Assembly: GCA_905178155.1 (NCBI GenBank)
Contig: CAJINV010000003.1
Coordinates: 11,396,733 to 11,460,732 of the forward strand
Source: Amoebophrya sp. A120
Lineage: Eukaryota > Protista > Dinoflagellata
Reading direction: 5' to 3'
Length of the DNA stretch: 64,000 nt
The notes below the pieces were generated by a model. That model was given only the letters and a program-made list of their open reading frames with translations. It had not been told where the DNA came from and made no database searches. The position numbers and the translations under genes are program-made. Positions 52,150 to 60,943 of this stretch are shown piece after piece. The stretch's first letter is position 1. Every line of letters begins with the position of its first letter.

Positions 52150-55100
52150 CTAGAAGTTGTACCCTCCTTGCAGCAGGCCCAGGGAGAGCGCAAGGGTGTG
52201 CATGTACCAATAGTTCGTCTCTAAATTGAAAACCTCCTGCGCCAGCCTCCGCCCACGCTCGGCAATCTTCCGTGCCCACGCATCGTGCTCCACGATGAAA
52301 TTCATTTTTTCATAAAAATCTCGCAAATCTCGGCGCAGTGGAATGTAGTGCTCGTACGGGTGGAAGATCTTGTCCACCGCGGAATCGTAGCGAAACATGG
52401 CACGAAATAGGACCTGGCCCGCGAGAAAGCACCACACGTCGCGCGTCGACACGTTATCGTGAAAATTTATCCTGAGTAAAAACGTCCCCACACCAGAGTC
52501 AAGATGGGGAAACTGCTAGACAAATCAACCAGCTCCGGCTGTTTCGCATGACAAGTTTGCCCTCGTAGTGTAATCCTGTTAGTTTAGCTAGTTCCGAAGC
52601 ATCACAGATCTAGCGCATCATGCTGATTCTAGCATCACAAATTCCAAAAAACGACTAGAAAATGGCACCCATGGGGCGTCACATCATCATCATCATGTAG
52701 TGGTCACCCGCTCCCAGCGCCACAGGTACATCATCATCATCATGTAGTGGTCACATGAAAAACTTTTTTGGCATGCAGATTTGCATGACAACTCTGGGGT
52801 GGGGACGTTATTAAATACGATAAAATTATACTTGTAGTCAAGCTGATTTTTCAGCGGAACATTCAAAGCTTGGTTTTCGACTTTGCCGCGCCTCTTCGGC
52901 TTGCTGTTATTCCGTTTGGCGTCCGATGTTTTCTGCTCAGCAGACAAGTTGGTGGAAGTACTAGGCAAGACTGCGCCGCTTTCGTCCTTGATATGAATAT
53001 GATCCTCCTCGTCCCTTTTAGTTTCCGACCTTGTCTGCTCTCGGTCTCGTCCAAAACGTTCGTTGTATTTCGTCTGTAACCGTTCGAGGCGAGACAACAA
53101 TTGCGCTCGAACCGCTTCCCGGTCCTCCGCCTCCGTGGTGTTCGCTGTTGGCGAGGAATGTGCAAGTTCAGCGGCGCGTCGAAACACCGCGCCAATGGGC
53201 CCGGTGCCACTCCCCGGAGGGAACTGCGGCGGGGTGGAATTCTCAGCGGCAGCAGCGGGGGCACTGTCGTCCCGGTTCCACATTTGTCCCCCGCCTGCGT
53301 GGCTGCGTCCGCCTCCGCCGCCGTCCGGCATCGCCAGTGAGTGCAATGCTCGCTGCACCGCAGCCGTCTGCTCCGTGAACACCTGCTGCGCAGCCTTACC
53401 GTCGGCCGCAAACGATGCAAAATCCGTCTCCGGATCAAACTCGACCTGTACCGGCCACGAGGTCAACTTTACGTCAAAGAAAAAGTCGGACTTGGTCTCG
53501 TCAAATAAGAACGGATACTTCTCGGTTAGCTCCGTGTGTAGTTCTTGGGCAGCGAGGAGCACTTTATCAGACGCAGAAGCGCTGGCTTCTGGGGGCTCTG
53601 CGTTGGCCATCCGCCCTAGCAAGGCTCGGGCGACGTTGGTGGCCGGATACATCTCATTGGGTACGCGACGCAGCATTCTCTGGGATTCCTGTTCTTTCAG
53701 CCCGTACCGTGCCTCTAGCAGACGCGTAAGTGACGGGAGGTCCGTCGCCGCGACCGGCTCTGGCCCTCCCGCCGGCGGAGGAGCCGTTTCTGCTCTAAAG
53801 GTCGCTCTCTGTGTCGTGGTTCCTTGTTTCATCGGCTGCTGGTCGTGCATTATGGACACGTCTTCTTGACGTTGCGCAATAGTGGCTGTTTTACTTCGCT
53901 CATCTAAATCGCGCAGAAACTTCTTGGTGCCCTGCCAGTCGCCCGTTGCTACAACCGATGTGCGGACCTTCTCCCACAGCACTGCATCGTCACGCATGAG
54001 ACGCCGGAAATACACCCCACGGAATGGGTCGGAAAATCCCGCCTCCGCATCTGGCGATTCCTCCTCTATTGCGTTGACATCTTCCGTCAGCACAGTGGAG
54101 TCAGTAGGATAGTGTGTGCAGTCGTCCCGCCCACTGCTCGGCATTCCGTTACAGAATTCTCCGTCGTGCACGGCGGTCCAGTTCCAGTGGGCGCTGGCTA
54201 TCGAAGGCGTTCCCCGGAAGAAGAACTCGGGCCGCCGCTTTTCCCAGGGGACGTAGTTCAGCCGTATCTCCTGTTCGTACTTTCGAAACCAGCTGGTATG
54301 CAGGTTGTACACGAGCGGAAGTGAAAGCGCGGTGTCGCTCGCAGTCCCGGGAAAGATGGATCGCGTCCAGGAGACCACTGGAAGGTCGTCAATGGAAGGA
54401 AATTTTCCATCTTTTCCTTCTTGCGCCGCACTTGCACCACGTCCAGCCACCACCCCCGTCGCGAGGTCCAATACTTCGGGGATCAAATTTTGGTAGAACC
54501 GCATCCCCAGGGTGGCCTTCTGGGTGCCCGCCTTCGCGAGTGCGCGTCTTTTCCGCTCCGACTGAAACGCTGTGGCGTTGTAGACGTTCTTTGTCTCTTC
54601 ACTGTCTCGCCCTTTTGACGCCCGTAGAACTTCCCCGCAGTCATAGACAGGTGAATGTCGGAGGACTAGGAACCACGCCTGCGTTTGCTTGGCAATCTGC
54701 CAAGCTTCGACCTCTTGCCAGGAGAAGAGTTCTGCTTTCGAACGCGCTCCCGGGCAGCTCCGTCCAATCAGACGGGTGGGGCACCACTGTATGAAATACT
54801 CGCATAGTCGGGGATGATCCGGGTCCGCCACTCGGTAGTCGCGTCCGCCGTAATGCTGCAGCGGATGTGGTTGGGCTTGGTCTAGTACTTGCTGCACCAA
54901 CGAGGAAGCCACGTATTGGGACACGAACCTCCTCCCAGCTTTTGCCTCAGTAGCCGCGTCGGTGTGCTGAATAAATTGCCTTATTTCATGCTCGTCGCGT
55001 GGGCTCGTCGGCAACAACATGGAATGGGTCTTATCTTGATCAACATCAACATCTGGTACTGGTTTACTACTTCCAGCTTTATGCCTGTTGTAGTACCTTC

Positions 55101-58100
55101 GCCAGTGCGCCAGATCCTCTTCGACGGCATCGCGCATCCACTGCGGTCGCTGTTCCAATGGAGTGGCTAACATCTTGCGCAGCTGCGGAAAACAACAATC
55201 CGCATGCTTCAAGCCCATGCGAAGTTGCTGCGCCGTCTTCACACCCGCTTCAAACTGTACAGGCCAGTTCCATCCGAAGAAAGTGCCGTCATCTTCAAAG
55301 GCCTCGGAGGAATTATACGACGGGTCCCCTTTTTGTTCGGCTATCAAATGCAAAAATCGATCTGGGAGGGCTGGTTGGGTGCAGTAAACATGTTACATCC
55401 TGCAGCTCTCTGCCAGTCAAACAAGAGCATCTGTTCTTCGCAGGAGCAGCAAATGCTGTCCACGTCTGGCTACCCCGAGGAGCAGTACCAGTAGTAGCTA
55501 GAGGGGAGTTGTTCTCCACATGCACCAGAGGAGGCATTGCAAAGTTGAAGTTGTCTAGACCTGCTAGCTCTGGCATGACGAACTCCTCCTGCACTCCTCC
55601 CACCCCAGACAGTTTTGCATGATTGCGTATCCCTGTACGGAAAACAGCTGCCCTTGTCATCGTCGGGGCGAGCACAACAGAACTGCTGCAGCTGCACATC
55701 AGACAAGGGCGCGCCGCGGTTTTGGTGTTCCTCCAACCAGCGCAGATAGGTGACAAACTCGTGCTCCCCCTCCGGCGCCGATCTGATGAGTTCGCGCACT
55801 GGCGCCCAGCAGTAGGCGGACAAAGATAATTTCGCGTCCGAGCGGGACGAGGCCACGGTGTACGGTAGGGAAAACTGTCCCCACTACCCCGGTTTTCCCC
55901 AAAGACAATTTTTTTTTTTCGATCCAATTGTAAGCAGGGCGGGCCCTTCGCAACCGACTTGCGCCGCGAATGGCCAGACCGAGGCGCGCGCCCCCCCGGG
56001 TGTGTTGCTTTATGGAATCCAGGAGATTGCGTAGCTAGTGGCGCCAACGAACTGCTTTGGTAGCTCCTCGAGAAGTATGCGCGCAATTTAAGAAAGGCCA
56101 CTGCGGCTCGGAGTCCAGACGCAGCCGGCCGCCCCTCCTTCAGGGCAGAGCAGCTTGCTGATGTTCTCCATGACCGACCCCAGTGCGCCTCTCTTTCTAT
56201 CCTACAGGCTGAAAAGCGCAACGCCCCGCCCGGCTTTTTGGGGCGCAAGCAGCTCGAGCCCCGCGGGGCAGCGCCCGGGGCAAGGCGCCCGTGCCAGACC
56301 CGCCCCCCGGCCACCTAAGGCTCCCACGCGATGCCCCTTGCCGTGGACCTGTGTTCTCCACTTGAGGCTGGCCGGCAGCGTTTCCCTGAGTGCATGCTCG
56401 GACACGTTGGCGAGAAAAAAAACGTATGCTGGGGATTTCGGCCCTAAGCGGCTATCTACGCACTTGCGGCCACCAAAACGGGCACCAGAAACGTCCCGAA
56501 AGTGGACGCATGCACGACCTCCAGGGAAGCGGCGAGGCCGGGGCCTCAAAAGTTGGGCGCGGCCTTCAAAGTCCGGCGGCCACGTGGGCCCGGGCAAGGG
56601 GCCAGCGCGGCTGACGAATCCAGGCCGACGCCCACAAATCAACACTCGGCACGGCAGGCGGGGCGTTGGATCGCTAACAGAATAACAGCGCCCCGTCCGA
56701 GTTAGCATCGCAGAGCACGCTTTTCCAGCACCATGCCCGCAGCCAAGCAAGCGCGAGCAGTGCGGCGGGGCCGCGTTGCAGTAGTCTACACGCGGATCGG
56801 GCCGAAATAGATACACACACACATCCACAAAGCCTGCTGCCCCATCAGCTCATGCGCTGACTTTTGAGCGCCGCCATCTCGCTTGCTCCTTTGCATATGT
56901 AACAGCATCAGAGATTATCCTTGAAGAAGATCCACTAGCGGACACTATCCGGTCGGGCTGCGCAGCCGGCGGCCGTGTTGTTGCATCAGTTCAAAAAAAT
57001 TTTTTTGATTTGGGGAAAACCGGGGTAGTGGGGACAGTAGGCGGACAAAGATAATTTCGCGTCCGAGCGGGACGAGGCGGTGGAGCTTGAACACGCGTTA
57101 GCGTGAGACGTGGCGAATCTCTAGTGAATTTTGCATGACAAATTGCAGATAAGTCCGCCGGGACATTGTCCCTCTTGCCCTTCTGGGAAGAGCGTTCTGC
57201 ACACCGCAGAACTCGCCGGCTATGCAGTGGGCAACTGGACATGGCCTGGGCGTCGTTCTTTGGCCATGTCCTTGCGCCTTGTTCCTGTGCTCGCATAAGA
57301 GCACTGCAACAGCGGCGGCAAAGACGTCAAAAACAAGGGCCGCGGAGCGCATGCAATTAGGCAAGACGAAGGCGCGAAAGCAAGGGCGAAAGGACCAGGC
57401 CGAGAGCTTTGACGCGTCTATCCGGCAGGCGCGTGAACTCTCCAGGCCTTTTTGGCAGAATATAGACGCGCTGAAGGCAACAGAGGGCGCTTGACTTTTC
57501 CCATCGGCCCCACTTCCCAGGGCCTATCTGCGGACTTTTTTGAGCACTTTCCTGCGCTGCAGTTTGCTTATCACGGTCGAAAAGGGGCGCCAGGTGAGTT
57601 TTGGGGTGAATTTTGAAAAGGGCGTGAGTGAGTTTTGGCCTGCGGTCCCTGTTCAAAATTCGCTAGCGCATGAGAAACTGCGGGTTTTGGAGCTCCAGAA
57701 AAGTTTAACAAAAAGAAAAAGCCTCAAAATTCACCAGGAGAATTTCTGACCTGGGGATCACGTCGAAGAAAACTAGAGGACCCGAACAAGATGAGGCAGG
57801 AACACAGCTGGGAAGATACGAGCTACAGAGCAACGCAGGCGATGCTAGCATCCATTGCAACATGTCTCCAGACATCCAAGCCGAGCCAGCCACAACCCGT
57901 GAGAGCTACCCACTTAGATGTTGACCCAGTGCCCCTCTCCTGTTGAGGCTTCGGCCCCCTCCCTCTCGACCCACTATGGACTCCGCAGAGGCAGTGTTAT
58001 ATTGTGAGACCGCCACAGGCCGCCTTTGCTTCTTGGCAACGCACCAGGCAGCAAAGACGTGCGTCTCTACTTTAGGCTCTGACAGTGAGCGTCACCATCC

Positions 58101-59434
58101 AAATGGCACCAGGCAAGTGCTAACCTTTCAACTACACGGAACGCTGACTGCCTGGCGTCCTCCTCGTGTTCTTCATATGCCCCTTAATTCATGCATCACG
58201 CCACCACGCAATACAAATTCACTGCAAATTCACCCTTCTGTATGCTAACGCCCGTTGAAGACATAAACGAGGCGGACAAAGATAATTTCGCGTCCGAGCG
58301 GGACGAGGCGGTGGAGGATGAAAGTGCTGCCGTTCTTCTATGTCCCGCTTGTTCGGTGGACGTTCCAGGCACGAGGGTTTTTCGGTACGCGGTGACCGGC
58401 GGTGGAAGAACTTCCTCCTGGCTTCCTTTATTTGTCGAAACTTGCAGCTGCGCACTTGCAATTTTTTTAGTATCCGCGATATGGTCCTCCAACTTCTTTC
58501 CTGCAGCGCTAGTTCCACTATGCCTGGCCTTGCTGGACGAAAGCACAGGAGAAAAGGGGCGGGCCAGAATTTCCGCTTCGGTGGGTTCGTCTTCGTCGCC
58601 CTGGTCTCGATTTCCCGCAAAATTCTTCCGCGCCTTTCCGGAGAACGACACCGGGGCGAGGACCAGAAGGGAATCGTCCTCCTCTCCCTGCGCTGCTAGC
58701 GGCAGGTGTAGAGTCCTCCTGCTCGATGTGCTCAAACTGTTTAACCCAGCGCTTCCTGTGTTTTTCCCTTGATGCACAGTAGAGGAAGAAGCACTTGCAG
58801 TGCTAATCAGGTCTCCTGCTCCTTCAACATCGTGTAGCTCATCATCTAAGGCGCTTTCTTGTGTTTTTTCGGCATGATGAACATGCGGTCGGCAGCAGAG
58901 CTCATACGTGTAAACGACGTCCCAGCAGGGGTTCGCATCATCGTGTCTGGCCCCATGGAGCTCCAGGCAACAGTACTCGTACGTTATGCCTCCAGCGGCA
59001 CCACTACTCGGAAAGCAAAAATGTTCCTCGTCCTGCTTGCCTTCTTGTCGAGAAAGTACGACAGAGGCAGGCGACACTGGTCGAACAAAATTGAGAAGAA
59101 GGCCCGCGTATGGCGTTCTCAACTGTTACATTCTCAAGTGTTACATGGATTTGTCATGCAAGAATGGGAAAAGTGAAAGGGGGGAGGTTGCACCTGTAGC
59201 ATTACAAATTCCGAACAGATTTGGGTGCTGTTTAGCCATTCGCAAATTTGTCATGCGAAGCAGCTTGATCGTGTGGATCTTGATGATCATTTTGCATGAC
59301 AAATCATGTAACAGTTGAGAATGTAACGCTTGAGAACGCCATACCGCCCCCAGCTGCAATATCAGACCTTTCCCCACAGCGCTTGCGACATACGTCGTCC
59401 TTGTTGCGGACAAGAAAAAAAACCGCCTCATCAT
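52150..59434 (-). CDS. GT90/CAP10-like glycosyltransferase with Cys-rich N-terminal region, at least 5 exons
   Basis: VPWEKRRPEFFFRGT; spliced LDYKYNF/HDNVSTR...HPYEHYIPLRRDLRDFYEKMNFIVEHDAWARKIAERGRRLAQE. Exons ~59434-59344, 59103-58270, 55813-55630, 55336-52823, 52462-52150; joining across 55814-58269 is less certain. Confidence 0.75.
52468..52822. mobile_element. Introner-like element, family C (355 bp)
   Basis: TATCCTGAGTAAAAACGTCCCCACACCAGAGT / TATCGTATTTAATAACGTCCCCACCCCAGAGT; perfect TSD AAATT; internal ~27-bp duplication. Confidence 0.9.
55342..55629. mobile_element. Introner-like element, family D-like (288 bp)
   Basis: TATCAAATGCAAAAATCGATCTGGG / TACGCAATCATGCAAAACTGTCTGGG; removing 293 bp is in frame. 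Confidence 0.7.
55861..57038. mobile_element. ~1.18-kb GC-rich TIR element
   Basis: 30-bp perfect inverted repeat ACTGTCCCCACTACCCCGGTTTTCCCCAAA starting at 55874, with its inverse ending at 57038; left end starts TACGGTAGGGAAAA; right end appears truncated. Confidence 0.75.
57086..58265. mobile_element. ~1.18-kb element with degenerate TIRs
   Basis: CTTGAACACGCGTTAGC...GTGAATTT versus inverted CTTCAACGGGCGTTAGC...GTGAATTT; right end ...GACATA. Confidence 0.6.
59109..59343. mobile_element. Introner-like element, family E (235 bp)
   Basis: ~50-bp TIR TATGGCGTTCTCAA..GTTACATTCTCAA; flanks CCGCG/CCGCC; removing 240 bp is in frame. Confidence 0.85.
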
Positions 59435-59676
59435 CAGGATCTTTGAAACATTTGCACCAGCCGGAAAGAAATAATGCGCCCTCGCTGCTATCTCGATTCT
59501 TCATTTTTTTCCTGAGCGACGTCGAACTCGAAATATTGAAGGAAAAAGCAGCTCCATGCAGTCAGTGCTTCTGAATAGAAAGTATGGGATTAACGTGATA
59601 AACGTCCAGTAGATTGCGGTCTGTATTCCCGCCATAAAAAGCATCCAATATCGAAGGTGAAACGAAAAAACTCCCT

Positions 59677-60261
59677 TATGGCCTCCTCAGCTGTTACGTT
59701 CTCAACTGTTACGTAGCGAGGTGCTGTTTTTTGATCATTTTAACTAGCTATACCGAGCGGTAGCTAAAATCATTAATTTTTTTAATTAAAATTGTGTTTT
59801 TTGAAATCGCGGCGGAGGGCTGGATCCACGGAGCGGCAAGGCGGAAATCCGGAACCTGCAGCTGCAATATGGATTGCAAAATCCCGCCTGCAGCATGACA
59901 AATCTCCGCGTCTGATGCATGAATTCTAATAGTCACAGAGACCTCCTCCTGGTGTCTGGGTTCTGGAGATTTGTCATGCTGGAGGCGGGACTTTGGAGCT
60001 GATAACTGGCAACCACCCGCAGAAGGAAGGTCCCCCGGAAGGCTGGTTGTTTGTGGCTGCGTCATCCATATTGCAGCTGCAGGTTCCGGATTTCCGCCTT
60101 GCCGCTCCGTGGATCCAGCCCTCCGCCGCGATTTCAAAAAACACAATTTTAATTAAAAAAATTAATGATTTTAGCTACCGCTCGGTATAGCTAGTTAAAA
60201 TGATCAAAAAACAGCACCTCGCTACGTAACAGTTGAGAACGTAACAGCTGAGGAGGCCATA
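59677..60261. mobile_element. Foldback element, family E-related (585 bp, 198-bp arms)
   Basis: Arms 59677-59874 and 60064-60261 appear identical in inverse; perfect TSD TCCCT; TA...TA ends. Confidence 0.92.
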
Positions 60262-60270
60262 TCCCTCCTT

Positions 60271-60291
60271 GTTGAGCCGAGATGGCTACGC
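60271..60291 (-). other. Relic dinoflagellate spliced leader (SL)
   Basis: Minus strand CGTAGCCATCTCGGCTCAA matches 17 of 19 bases of the DinoSL core CGTAGCCATTTTGGCTCAA; preceded by a T11 tract; upstream of and co-oriented with the GT90 gene. Confidence 0.65.
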
Positions 60292-60943
60292 TTCGCTACG
60301 AAAAAAAAAAAGAACATGACAAATCAAAACGCACCTTAGGCGTGCTGCTTTACCTCGTCACATCAGGCCATCTCTCTATCCATCGTGTAACGCGAGCCGG
60401 AAACCTAGTTCTTGATCTGGAAGGTACATTCACATCGTCATTTCCTGACTTAGATGCATTTGTCCAAAGAACAAAGGGAGGACAGAAGAAAGAGATTAAT
60501 CGGTCCTACGTGGCAACAAGTATCGAAGAAGAAGAACAATCGACGAGAGCAACTACAGCAGTGAAAAATAAACTAATGGGAATTTATCACAGTGTATGAA
60601 GGAAAACATCATTCTACGCCACAATGGTAAATTTCACGTGTTGTTGAGCAAGAGGCAGCGCGCGCTCGTCCTTAGAACTGATACTAACGGACGAGGCGTC
60701 AGCTCGGTCCAAGAGACATCGACGCGAAGAGCCTTGGGCATTGGTACTGTCCTACAGTCGGTACAGTTCTGCGTATCCCACCCAGACCTCCTTGTGGTTC
60801 GATCGACCTTAAACTGAGTTAGGAGGAGTTCGATCGACCTTAAACTTACTTAAACGAGGCCCCTCGCAGCCAATTTCCGATGCATGGCGACCTTGATATA
60901 CATCAAACACGAGTTACTTATTCGCGACTAACTATTGTTCTCC

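Larger units (their letters stand above)
55814..58316. repeat. Three direct copies of a 40-47-bp exonic segment
   Basis: AGGCGGACAAAGATAATTTCGCGTCCGAGCGGGACGAGGC starts at 55814, 57039 and 58270. Confidence 0.95.

Noticed and set aside
55861-58265. Autonomous transposase inside the 1.2-kb elements
   Set aside because: No ORF with a recognisable DDE, tyrosine-recombinase or reverse-transcriptase motif.
55814-58316. CRISPR-like repeat-spacer array
   Set aside because: Only three repeats, 1.2-kb spacers, the repeat is coding exon sequence, no cas genes, and the context is eukaryotic.
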